64,000 nucleotides of DNA from Balanoglossus misakiensis. Its lineage: Eukaryota; Animalia; Hemichordata. The position numbers and the translations under genes are program-made. The DNA is taken from assembly GCA_040954595.2 (NCBI GenBank), contig CM082590.2:2976001-3040000 (forward strand). The letters are read 5' to 3'. Numbering within the stretch: position 1 is the first letter of the stretch; every line of letters starts with the position of its first letter. This document shows positions 29,901 through 43,900 of the stretch, one piece after another. A model generated the notes under the pieces. It was not told the DNA's origin, searched no databases, and worked only from the letters and a program-made list of their open reading frames with translations.

Positions 29901-31900
29901 CACGTAATAGGTCTATGCGCATAAGGAAGTTTTCCACTAGACTCTGTAGATCGACGGATAGTTGTACAATTTCCATGGTTGCTTCCAAACAGCCTCTTTT
30001 ATTTACCGATTTCTGTTGTGAGGCGCAGAACACATGATAGGCCTATGCGCATAAGACATTTTTCCACTAGACTCTGTAGATCGACGGATAGTTCTAAAAT
30101 TTCCATGGTTGCTTCCAAACAGCCTCGTTTATTTACCGAATTCTGTTGTGAGGCGCAGAGCACGTAATAGGCCTATGCGCATAAGAAAGTTTTCCACCAG
30201 ACTCTGTAGATCGACGGATAGTTGTAAAATTTCCATGGTTGCTTCCAAACAGCATCGTTTATTTACCGAATTCTGTTGTGAGGCGCAGAACACGTAATAG
30301 GTCTATGCGCATAAGGACGTTTTCCACTAGACTCTGTAGATCGATGGATAGTTGTACAATTTCCATGGTTGCTTCCAAACAGCCTCTTTTATTTACCGAT
30401 TTCTGTTGTGAGGCGCAGAACACATGATAGGCCTATGCGCATAAGACATTTTTCCACTAGACTCTGTAGATCGACGGATAGTTCTAAAATTTCCATGGTT
30501 GCTTCCAAACAGCCTCGTTTATTTACCGAATTCTGTTGTGAGGCGCAGAGCACGTAATAGGCCTATGCGCATAAGAAAGTTTTCCACCAGACTCTGTAGA
30601 TCGACGGATAGTTGTAAAATTTCCATGGTTGCTTCCAAACAGCCTCGTTTATTTACCGATTTCTGTTGTGATGCGCAGAACACATAGATAGGCATATGTG
30701 CATAATAAAGTTTTCCACTAGACTCTGTAGATCGAGAGATAGTTCTAAAATTTCCATGGTTGCTTCCAAACACAGCCTCGTTTGTTTACACAATTCTGTT
30801 GTGATGCGCAGAACACATATATAGGCCTATGCGCATAATAACGTTTTCCACTAGACTCTGTAGATCGACGGATAGTTGTAAAATTTCCATGGTTGCTTTC
30901 AAACAGCCTCGTTTATTTACCGAATTCTGTTGTGAGGCGCAGAACACATAGATAGGCATATGTGCATAAGAAAGTTTTCCACTATAGACTCTGTAGATCG
31001 AGAGATAGTTCTAAAGTGTCCATGGTTGCTTCCAAACACAGCCTCGTTTGTTTACAAAATTCTGTTGTGATGCGCAGAACACATATATAGGCCTATGCGC
31101 ATAAGAACGTTTCCACTAGACTCTGTAGATCGACGGATAGCTGTAAAATTTCCATGGTTGCTTTTAAACAGCCTCGTTTATTTACCGATTTCTGTTGTGA
31201 GGCGCAGAACACATAGATAGGCATATGTGCATAAGAAAGTTTTCCACTATAGACTCTGTAGATCGAGAGATAGTTCTAAAATGTCCATGGTTGCTTCCAA
31301 ACACAGCCTCGTTTATTTACCGATTTCTGTTGTGATGCGCATAACACATAGATAGGCCTATGCGCATAAGAACGTTTTCCACTAGACTCTGTAGATCGAC
31401 GGATAGTTCTAAAATTTCAATGGTTGCTTCCAAACAGCCTCGTTTATTTACCGAATTCTGTTGTGATGCGCAGAACACATGATAGGACTATGCGCATAAG
31501 AAATTTTTCCACCAGACTCTGTAGATCGACGGATAGTTGTAAAATTTCCATGGTTGCTTCCAAACAGCATCGTTTATTTACCGAATTCTGTTGTGAGGCG
31601 CAGAACACGTAATAGGTCTATGCGCATAAGGAAGTTTTCCACTAGACTCTGTAGATCGACGGATAGTTGTACAATTTCCATGGTTGCTTCCAAACAGCCT
31701 CTTTTATTTACCGATTTCTGTTGTGAGGCGCAGAACACATGATAGGCCTATGCGCATAAGACATTTTTCCACTAGACTCTGTAGATCGACGGATAGTTCT
31801 AAAATTTCCATGGTTGCTTCCAAACAGCCTCGTTTATTTACCGAATTCTGTTGTGAGGCGCAGAGCACGTAATAGGCCTATGCGCATAAGAAAGTTTTCC
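26960..31900. repeat. 1705-bp (13-monomer) higher-order repeat, ~3 copies, with internal 390-bp (3x130) subrepeat
   Basis: Private variants recur at 1705-bp steps: TTTACACAATTC (~27377/29082/30787), CTAAAGTGTCC (~27601/29306/31011), TTTCAATGG (~28005/29710/31415). ORF-track copies at 28014/29719/31424; 28144 vs 28534 = 390. Confidence 0.9.
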
Positions 31901-34900
31901 ACCAGACTCCGTAGATCGACGGATAGTTGTAAAATTTCCATGGTTGTTTCCAAACACAGCCTCGTTCATTTACAAAATTCTGTTGTTATGCGCTGAACAC
32001 ATACATATGCCTATGCGCATAAGAAAGTTTCCACTAGACTCTGTAGATCGACGGATTGTTCTAAAATTTCCATGATTGCTTCCAAACACATCCTCGATTA
32101 TTTACAAAATTCTGTTGTGATGCGCAGAACACATAGATAGGCCTATGCGCATATGAACGTTTTCCACTATACACTGTAGATCGAGAGATAGTTCTAAAAC
32201 TTCCATGTTTGCTTCCAAACAGCCTCGTTTATATGCGGAATTCTGTTTTGAGGCGCAGAACACATAGATAGGCATATGTGAATAAGAAAGTTTTCCACTA
32301 TAGACTCTGTAGATCGAGAGATAGTTGTAAAATTTCCATGGTTGCTTCCAAACAGCCTCGTTTATTTACCGATTTCTGTTGTGAGGCGCAGAACACATAG
32401 ATAGGCCTATGCGCATAAAAAACTTTTCAACTTTAGATCAACGGATAGTTCAAAAATTTCCATGGTTGTTTCCAAACAGCCTCGTTTATTTACCGAATTC
32501 TGTTGTGATGCGTAGAACACATACATATGCCTATGCGCATAAGAAAGTTTTCCACTAGACTCCGTAGATCGACGAATAGTTCTAAAATGTCCATGGTTGC
32601 TTCCAAACAAAGCCTGGTTTGTTTACAAAATTCTGTTGTGATGCGCAGAACACATAGATAGGCCTATGCGCATATGAACGTTTTCCACTATACTCTGTAG
32701 ATCGAGTTAGTTCTAAAATTTCCATGTTTGCTTCCAAACAGCCTCGTTTATTTACGGAATTCTGTTTTGAGGCGCAGAACACATAGATAGGCATATGTGC
32801 ATAAGAAAGTTTTCCACTATAGACTCTGTACATCGAGAGATAGTTCTAAAATTTCCATGGTTGCTTCCAAACACAGCCTCGTTTGTTTACAAAATTCTGT
32901 TGTGATGCGCAGAACACATATATAGGCCTATGCGCATAAGAACGTTTTCCACTAGACTCTGTAGATCGACGGATAGTTCTAAAATTTCCATGGTTGCTTC
33001 CAAACAGCCTCGTTTATTTACCGAATTCTGTTGTGAGGCACAAAACACATAGATAGGCCTATGTGCATAAGAAAGTTTTCCACTATAGACTCTGTAGATC
33101 GAGAGATAGTTCTAAAATGTCCATGGTTGCTTTCAAACACAGCCTCGTTTGTTTACAAAATTCTTTTGTGATGCGCAGAACACATATATAGGCCTATGCG
33201 CATAAGAACGTTTTCCACTAGACTCTGTAGATCGACGGATAGTTGTAAAATTTCCATGGTTGCTTCCAAACAGCCTCGTTTATTTACCGAATTCTGTTGT
33301 GAGGCACAGAACACATAGATAGGCCTATGTGCATAAGAAAGTTTTCCACTATAGACTCTGTAGATCGAGAGATAGTTCTAAAATGTCCATGGTTGCTTCC
33401 AAACACAGCCTCGTTTGTTTACAAAATTCTGTTGTGATGCGCAGAACACATATATAGGCCTATGCGCATAATAACGTTTTCCACTAGACTCTGTAGATTC
33501 GACGGATAGTTGTAAAATTTCCATGGTTGCTTCCAAACAGCCTCGTTTATTTACCGAATTCTGTTGTGAGGCGCAGAACACATAGATAGGCATATGTGCA
33601 TAAGAAAGTTTTCCACTATAGACTCTGTAGATCGAGAGATAGTTCTAAAATGTCCATGGTTGCTACCAAACACAGCCTCGTTTGTTTACAAAATTCTGTT
33701 GTGATGCGCAGAACACATATATAGGCCTATGCGCATAAGAACGTTTCCACTAGACTCTGTAGATCGACGGATAGCTATACAATTTCCATGGTTGCTTCCA
33801 AACAGCCTCGTTTATTTACCGATTTCTGTTGTGAGGCGCAGAACACATGATAGGCCTATGCGCATAAGAAAGTTTTCCACCAGACTCCGTAGATCGACGG
33901 ATAGTTGTAAAATTTCCATGGTTGTTTCCAAACACAGCCTCGTTCATTTACAAAATTCTGTTGTTATGCGCTCAACACATACATATGCCTATGCGCATAA
34001 GAAAGTTTCCACTAGACTCTGTAGATCGACGGATTGTTCTAAAATTTCCATGATTGCTTCCAAACACATCCTCGATTATTTACAAAATTCTGTTGTGATG
34101 CGCAGAACACATAGATAGGCCTATGCGCATATGAACGTTTTCCACTATACACTGTAGATCGAGAGATAGTTCTAAAACTTCCATGTTTGCTTCCAAACAG
34201 CCTCGTTTATTTGCGGAAATCTGTTTTGAGGCGCAGAACACATAGATAGGCATATGTGAATAAGAAAGTTTTCCACTATAGACTCTGTAGATCGAGAGAT
34301 AGTTGTAAAATTTCCATGGTTGCTTCCAAACAGCCTCGTTTATTTACCGATTTCTGTTGTGAGGCGCAGAACACATGATAGGCCTATGCGCATAAGACAT
34401 TTTTCCACTAGACTCTGTAGATCGACGGATAGTTCTAAAATTTCCATGGTTGCTTCCAAACAGCCTCGTTTATTTACCGAATTCTGTTGTGAGGTGCAGA
34501 GCACGTAATAGGCCTATGCGCATAAGAAAGTTTTCCACCAGACTCTGTAGATCGAGAGATAGTTCTAAAATTTCCATGGTTGCTTCCAAACAGCCTCGTT
34601 TATTTACGGAATTCTGTTTTGAGGCGCAGAACACATAGATAGGCATATGTGCATAAAAAAGTTTTCCACTAGACTCTGTAGATCGAGAGATAGTTCTAAA
34701 ATTTCCATGGTTGCTTCCAAACAGCCTCGTTTATTTACGGAATTCTGTTTTGAGGCGCAGAACACATAGATAGGCATATGTGCATAAGAAAGTTTTCCAC
34801 TATAGACTCTGTACATCGAGAGATAGTTCTAAAATTTCCATGGTTGCTTCCAAACACAGCCTGGTTTGTTTACAAAATTCTGTTGTGATGCGCAGAACAC

Positions 34901-37900
34901 ATATATAGGCCTATGCGCATAAGAACGTTTTCCACTAGACTCTGTAGATCGACGGATAGTTCTAAAATTTCCATGGTTGCTTCCAAACAGCCTCGTTTAT
35001 TTACCGAATTCTGTTGTGAGGCACAGAACACATAGATAGGCCTATGTGCATAAGAAAGTTTTCCACTATAGACTCTGTAGATCGAGAGATAGTTCTAAAA
35101 TGTCCATGGTTGCTTCCAAACACAGCCTCGTTTGTTTACAAAATTCTGTTGTGATGCGCAGAACACATATATAGGCCTATGCGCATAATAACGTTTTCCA
35201 CTAGACTCTGTAGATCGACGGATAGTTGTAAAATTTCCATGGTTGCTTCCAAACAGCCTCGTTTATTTACCGAATTCTGTTGTGAGGCGCAGAACACATA
35301 GATAGGCATATGTGCATAAGAAAGTTTTCCACTATAGACTCTGTAGATCGAGAGATAGTTCTAAAATGTCCATGGTTGCTACCAAACACAGCCTCGTTTG
35401 TTTACAAAATTCTGTTGTGATGCGCAGAACACATATATAGGCCTATGCGCATAAGAACGTTTCCACTAGACTCTGTAGATCGACGGATAGCTATACAATT
35501 TCCATGGTTGCTTCCAAACAGCCTCGTTTATTTACCGATTTCTGTTGTGAGGCGCAGAACACATGATAGGCCTATGCGCATGAGACATTTTTCCACTAGA
35601 CTCTGTAGATCGACGGATAGTTGTAAAATTTCATGGTTGCTTCCAAATACAGCCTCGTTTATTTACCGATTTCTGTTGTGATGCGCATAACACATAGATA
35701 GGCCTATGCGCAAAAGAACGTTTTCCACTAGACTTTGTAGATCGACGGATAGTTGTACAATGTCCATGGTTGCTTCCAAACAGCCTCGTTTATTTACCGA
35801 ATTGTGTTGTGAGGCGCAGAACACGTAATAGGTCTATGCGCATAAGGAAGTTTTCCACCAGACTCTGTAGATCGACGGATAGTTGTACAATTTCCATGGT
35901 TGCTTCCAAACAGCCTCGTTTATTTACCGATTTCTGTTGTGAGGCGCAGAACACATGATAGGCCTATGCGCATAAGACATTTTTCCACTAGACTCTGTAG
36001 ATCGACGGATAGTTCTAAAATTTCCATGGTTGCTTCCAAACAGCCTCGTTTATTTACCGAATTCTGTTGTGAGGTGCAGAGCACGTAATAGGCCTATGCG
36101 CATAAGAAAGTTTTCCACCAGACTCTGTAGATCGACGGATAGTTGTAAAATTTCCATGGTTGCTTCTAAACAGCCTCGTTTATTTACCGATTTCTGTTGT
36201 GATGCGCAGAACACATAGATAGGCATATGTGCATAAAAAAGTTTTCCACTAGACTCTGTAGATCGAGAGATAGTTCTAAAATTTCCATGGTTGCTTCCAA
36301 ACAGCCTCGTTTATTTACGGAATTCTGTTTTGAGGCGCAGAACACATAGATAGGCATATGTGCATAAGAAAGTTTTCCACTATAGACTCTGTACATCGAG
36401 AGATAGTTCTAAAATTTCCATGGTTGCTTCCAAACACAGCCTGGTTTGTTTACAAAATTCTGTTTTGATGCGCAGAACACATATATAGGCCTATGCGCAT
36501 AAGAACGTTTTCCACTAGACTCTGTAGATCGACGGATAGTTCTAAAATTTCCATGGTTGCTTCCAAACAGCCTCGTTTATTTACCGAATTCTGTTGTGAG
36601 GCACAGAACACATAGATAGGCCTATGTGCATAAGAAAGTTTTCCACTATAGACTCTGTAGATCGAGAGATAGTTCTAAAATGTCCATGGTTGCTTTCAAA
36701 CACAGCCTCGTTTGTTTACAACATTCTTTTGTTATGCGCAGAACACATATATAGGCCTATGCGCATAAGAACGTTTTCCACTAGACTCTGTAGATCGACG
36801 GATAGTTGTAAAATTTCCATGGTTGCTTCCAAACAGCCTCGTTTATTTACCGAATTCTGTTGTGAGGCACAGAACACATAGATAGGCCTATGTGCATAAG
36901 AAAGTTTTCCACTATAGACTCTGTAGATCGAGAGATAGTTCTAAAATGTCCATGGTTGCTTCCAAACACAGCCTCGTTTGTTTACAAAATTCTGTTGTGA
37001 TGCGCAGAACACATATATAGGCCTATGCGCATAATAACGTTTTCCACTAGACTCTGTAGATCGACGGATAGTTGTAAAATTTCCATGGTTGCTTCCAAAC
37101 AGCCTCGTTTATTTACCGAATTCTGTTGTGAGGCGCAGAACACATAGATAGGCATATGTGCATAAGAAAGTTTTCCACTATAGACTCTGTAGATCGAGAG
37201 ATAGTTCTAAAATGTCCATGGTTGCTACCAAACACAGCCTCGTTTGTTTACAAAATTCTGTTGTGATGCGCAGAACACATATATAGGCCTATGCGCATAA
37301 GAACGTTTCCACTAGACTCTGTAGATCGACGGATAGTTGTAAAATTTCATGGTTGCTTCCAAATACAGCCTCGTTTATTTACCGATTTCTGTTGTGATGC
37401 GCATAACACATAGATAGGCCTATGCGCATAAGAACGTTTTCCACTAGACTTTGTAGATCGACGGATAGTTGTACAATGTCCATGGTTGCTTCCAAACAGC
37501 CTCGTTTATTTACCGAATTGTGTTGTGTTGCGCAGAACACGTAATAGGTCTATGCGCATAAGGAAGTTTTCCACCAGACTCTGTAGATCGACGGATAGTT
37601 GTACAATTTCCATGGTTGCTTCCAAACAGCCTCGTTTATTTACCGATTTCTGTTGTGAGGCGCAGAACACATGATAGGCCTATGCGCATAAGACATTTTT
37701 CCACTAGACTCTGTAGATCGACGGATAGTTCTAAAATTTCCATGGTTGCTTCCAAACAGCCTCGTTTATTTACCGAATTCTGTTGTGAGGTGCAGAGCAC
37801 GTAATAGGCCTATGCGCATAAGAAAGTTTTCCACCAGACTCTGTAGATCGACGGATAGTTGTAAAATTTCCATGGTTGCTTCTAAACAGCCTCGTTTATT

Positions 37901-40900
37901 TACCGATTTCTGTTGTGATGCGCAGAACACATAAATAGGCATATGTGCATAAAAAAGTTTTCCACTAGACTCTGTAGATCGAGAGATAGTTCTAAAATTT
38001 CCATGGTTGCTTCCAAACACAGCCTCGTTTGTTTACAAAATTCTGTTGTGATGCGCAGAACACATATATAGGCCTATGCGCATAATAACGTTTTCCACTA
38101 GACTCTGTAGATCGACGGATAGTTGTAAAATTTCCATGGTTGCTTCCAAACAGCCTCGTTTATTTACCGAATTCTGTTGTGAGGCGCAGAACACATAGAT
38201 AGGCATATGTGCATAAGAAAGTTTTCCACTATAGACTCTGTAGATCGAGAGATAGTTCTAAAATGTCCATGGTTGCTTCCAAACACAGCCTCGTTTGTTT
38301 ACAAAATTCTGTTGTGATGCGCAGAACACATATATAGGCCTATGCGCATAATAACGTTTTCCACTAGACTCTGTAGATCGACGGATAGTTGTAAAATTTC
38401 CATGATTGCTTCCAAACAGCCTCGTTTATTTACCGAATTCTGTTGTGAGGCGCAGAACACATAGATAGGCATATGTGCATAAGAAAGTTTTCCACTATAG
38501 ACTCTGTAGATCGAGAGATAGTTCTAAAATGTCCATGGTTGCTACCAAACACAGCCTCGTTTGTTTACAAAATTCTGTTGTGATGCGCAGAACACATATA
38601 TAGGCCTATGCGCATAAGAACGTTTCCACTAGACTCTGTAGATCGACGGATAGCTGTAAAATTTCCATGGTTGCTTCCAAACAGCCTCGTTTATTTACCG
38701 AATTCTGTTGTGAGGCGCAGAACACATAGATAGGCATATGTGCATAAGAAAGTTTTCCACTATAGACTCTGTAGATCGAGAGATAGTTCTAAAATGTCCA
38801 TGGTTGCTTCCAAACACAGCCTCGTTTGTTTACAAAATTCTGTTGTGATGCGCAGAACACATATATAGGCCTATGCGCATAATAACGTTTTCCACTAGAC
38901 TCTGTAGATCGACGGATAATTGTAAAATTTCCATGGTTGCTTCCAAACAGCCTCGTTTATTTACCGAATTCTGTTGTGAGGCGCAGAACACATAGATAGG
39001 CATATGTGCATAAGAAAGTTTTCCACTATAGACTCTGTAGATCGAGAGATAGTTCTAAAATGTCCATGGTTGCTACCAAACACAGCCTCGTTTGTTTACA
39101 AAATTCTGTTGTGATGCGCAGAACACATATATAGGCCTATGCGCATAAGAACGTTTCCACTAGACTCTGTAGATCGACGGATAGCTGTAAAATTTCCATG
39201 GTTGCTTCCAAACAGCCTCGTTTATTTACCGATTTCTGTTGTGAGGCGCAGAACACATGATAGGCCTATGCGCATGAGACATTTTTCCACTAGACTCTGT
39301 AGATCGACGGATAGTTGTAAAATTTCATGGTTGCTTCCAAATACAGCCTCGTTTATTTAGCGATTTCTGTTGTGATGCGCATAACACATAGATAGGCCTA
39401 TGCGCATAAGAACGTTTTCCACTAGACTTTGTAGATCGACGGATAGTTGTACAATGTCCATGGTTGCTTCCAAACAGCCTCGTTTATTTACCGAATTCTG
39501 TTGTGAGGCGCAGAACACGTAATAGGTCTATGCGCATAAGGAAGTTTTCCACCAGACTCTGTAGATCGACGGATAGTTGTAAAATTTCATGGTTGCTTCC
39601 AAATACAGCCTCGTTTATTTACCGATTTCTGTTGTGATGCGCATAACACATAGATAGGCCTATGCGCATAAGAACGTTTTCCACTAGACTCTGTAGATCG
39701 ACGGATAGTTGTACAATTTCCATGGTTGCTTCCAAACAGCCTCGTTTATTTACCGATTTCTGTTGTGAGGCACAGAACACATGATAGGCCTATGCGCATA
39801 AGACATTTTTCCACTAGACTCTGTAGATCGACGGATAGTTCTAAAATTTCCATGGTTGCTTCCAAACAGCCTCGTTTATTTACCGAATTCTGTTGTGAGG
39901 CGCAGAGCACGTAATAGGCCTATGCGCATAAGAAAGTTTTCCACCAGACTCTGTAGATCGACGGATAGTTGTAAAATTTCCATGGTTGCTTCCAAACAGC
40001 CTCGTTTATTTACCGATTTCTGTTGTGATGCGCAGAACACATAGATAGGCATATGTGCATAATAAAGTTTTCCACTAGACTCTGTAGATCGAGAGATAGT
40101 TCTAAAATTTCCATGGTTGCTTCCAAACACAGCCTCGTTTGTTTACAAAATTCTGTTGTGATGCGCAGAACACATATATAGGCCTATGCGCATAATAACG
40201 TTTTCCACTAGACTCTGTAGATCGACGGATAGTTGTAAAATTTCCATGGTTGCTTCCAAACAGCCTCGTTTATTTACCGAATTCTGTTGTGAGGCGCAGA
40301 ACACATAGATAGGCATATGTGCATAAGAAAGTTTTCCACTATAGACTCTGTAGATCGAGAGATAGTTCTAAAATGTCCATGGTTGCTTCCAAACACAGCC
40401 TCGTTTATTTACCGATTTCTGTTGTGATGCGCATAACACATAGATAGGCCTATGCGCATAAGAACGTTTTCCACTAGACTCTGTAGATCGACGGATAGTT
40501 GTACAATTTCCATGGTTGCTTCCAAACAGCATCGTTTATTTACCGAATTCTGTTGTGAGGCGCAGAACACGTAATAGGTCTATGCGCATAAGGAAGTTTT
40601 CCACCAGACTCTGTAGATCGACGGATAGTTGTAAAATTTCAAGATTGCTTCCAAATACAGCCTCGTTTATTTACCGATTTCTGTTGTGATGCGCATAGAT
40701 AGGCCTATGCGCATAAGAACGTTTTCCACTAGACTATGTAGATCGACGGATAGTTGTACAATTTCCATGGTTGCTTCCAAACAGCCTCGTTTATTTACCG
40801 ATTTCTGTTGTGAGGCGCAGAACACATGATAGGCCTATGCGCATAAGACATTTTTCCACTAGACTCTGTAGATCGACGGATAGTTCTAAAATTTCCATGG

Positions 40901-43900
40901 TTGCTTCCAAACAGCCTCGTTTATTTACCGAATTCTGTTGTGAGGCGCAGAGCACGTAATAGGCCTATGCGCATAAGAAAGTTTTCCACCAGACTCCTTA
41001 GATCGACGGATAGTTGTAAAATTTCCATGGTTGTTTCCAAACACAGCCTCGTTCATTTATAAAATTCTGTTGTGATGCGCTGAACACATACATATGCCTA
41101 TGCGCATAAGAAAGTTTCCCACTAGACTCTGTAGATCGACGGATAGTTCTAAAATTTCCATGATTGCTTCCAAACACATCCTCGATTGTTTACAAAATTC
41201 TGTTGTGATGCGCAGAACACATATATAGGCCTATGCGCATATGAATGTTTTCCACTATACTCCGTAGATCGACAGATAGTTCTAAAATTTCCATTGTTGC
41301 TTCCAAACAAAGCCTCGTTTGTTTACAAAATTCTGTTGTGATGTGCATAACACATGATAGGCCTATGCGCACATGAACGTTTTTCCACTAGACTCTGTAG
41401 ATCGACGGATAGTTCTAAAATTTACATGGTTGCTTCCAAACAGCCTCGTTTATTTACCGATTTCTGTTGTGAGGCGCAGAACACGTAATAGGCCTATGCG
41501 CATAAGAAAGTTTTCCACCAGACTCTGTAGATCGACGGATAGTTGTAAAATTTACATGGTTGCTTCCAAATACAGCCTCGTTTATTTACCGATTTCTGTT
41601 GTGATGCGCATAATACATAGATAGGCCTATGTGCATAATAAAGTTTTCCACTAGACTCTGTAGATCGAGAGATAGTTCTAAAATTTCCATGGTTGTTTCC
41701 AAACACAGCCTCGTTCATTTACAAAATTCTGTTGTGATGCGCTGAACACATACATATGCCTATGCGCATAAGAAAGTTTCCCACTAGACTCTGTAGATCG
41801 ACGGATAGTTCTAAAATTTCCATGATTGCTTCCAAACACATCCTCGATTATTTACAAAATTCTGTTGTGATGCGCAGAACACATATATAGGCCTATGCGC
41901 ATATGAAAGTTTTCCACTATACTCCGTAGATCGACGGATAGTTCTAAAATTTCCATTGTTGCTTCCAAACAGCCTCGTTTATTTACCGAATTCTGTTGTG
42001 AGGCGCAGAACACGTAATAGGCCTATGCGCATAAGAAACTTTTCAACTTTAGATCGAGAGATAGTTCTAAAATTTCCATGGTTGTTTCCAAACACAGCCT
42101 CGTTCATTTACAAAATTCTGTTGTGATGCGCTGAACACATACATATGCCTATGCGCATACGAAAGTTTCCCACTAGACTCTGTAGATCGACGGATAGTTC
42201 TAAAATTTCCATGATTGCTTCCAAACACATCCTCGATTGTTTACAAAATTATGTTGTGATGCGCAGAACACATATATAGGCCTATGCGCATATGAACGTT
42301 TTCCACTATACTCTGTAGATCGAGAGATATTTCTAAAATTTCCACGGTTGCTTCCAAACAAAGCCTCGTTTGTTTACAAAATTATGTTGTGATGTGCATA
42401 ACACATGATAGGCCTATGCGCATATGAACGTTTTCCACTATACACTGTAGATCGAGAGATAGTTCTAAAATTTCCATGGTTGTTTCCAAACACAGCCTCG
42501 TTCATTTACAAAATTCTGTTGTGATGCGCAGAACACATATATAGGCCTATGCGCATATGAACGTTTTCCACTATACTCCGTAGATCGACAGATAGTTCTA
42601 AAATTTCCAATGTTGCTTCCAAACAAAGCCTCGTTTGTTTACAAAATTATGTTGTGATGTGCATAACACATGATAGCATATGCGCATATGAACGTTTTCC
42701 ACTATACTCTGTAGATCGAGAGATAGTTCTAAAATTTCCACGGTTGCTTCCAAACAAAGCCTCGTTTGTTTACAAAATTATGTTGTGATGTGCATAACAC
42801 ATGATAGGCCTATGCGCATATGAACGTTTTCCACTATACTCTGTAGATCGAGAGATAGTTCTAAAATTTCCACGGTTGCTTCCAAACAAAGCCTCGTTTG
42901 TTTACAAAATTCTGTTGTGATGCGCAGAACACATATATAGGCCTATGCGCATATGAACGTTTTCCACTAGACTCTGTATATCGACGGATAGTTGTAAAAT
43001 TTCCATGGTTGCTTCCAAACAGCCTCGTTTATTTACCGAATTCTGTTGTGAGGCGCAGAACACATAGATAGGCATATGTGCATAAGAAAGTTTTCCACTA
43101 TAGACTCTGTAGATCGAGAGATAGTTCTAAAATGTCCATGGTTGCTACCAAACACAGCCTCGTTTGTTTACAAAATTCTGTTGTGATGCGCAGAACACAT
43201 ATATAGGCCTATGCGCATAAGAACGTTTCCACTAGACTCTGTAGATCGACGGATAGCTGTAAAATTTCCATGGTTGCTTCCAAACAGCCTCGTTTATTTA
43301 CCGATTTCTGTTGTGATGCGCAGAACACATAGATAGGCATATGTGCATAATAAAGTTTTCCACTAGACTCTGTAGATCGAGAGATAGTTCTAAAATTTCC
43401 ATGGTTGCTTCCAAACACAGCCTCGTTTGTTTACAAAATTCTGTTGTGATGCGCAGAACACATATATAGGCCTATGCGCATAATAACGTTTTCCACTAGA
43501 CTCTGTAGATCGACGGATAGTTGTAAAATTTCCATGGTTGCTTCCAAACAGCCTCGTTTATTTACCGAATTCTGTTGTGAGGCGCAGAACACATAGATAG
43601 GCATATGTGCATAAGAAAGTTTTCCACTATAGACTCTGTAGATCGAGAGATAGTTCTAAAATGTCCATGGTTGCTACCAAACACAGCCTCGTTTGTTTAC
43701 AAAATTCTGTTGTGATGCGCAGAACACATATATAGGCCTATGCGCATAAGAACGTTTCCACTAGACTCTGTAGATCGACGGATAGCTGTAAAATTTCCAT
43801 GGTTGCTTCCAAACAGCCTCGTTTATTTACCGATTTCTGTTGTGAGGCGCAGAACACATGATAGGCCTATGCGCATGAGACATTTTTCCACTAGACTCTG

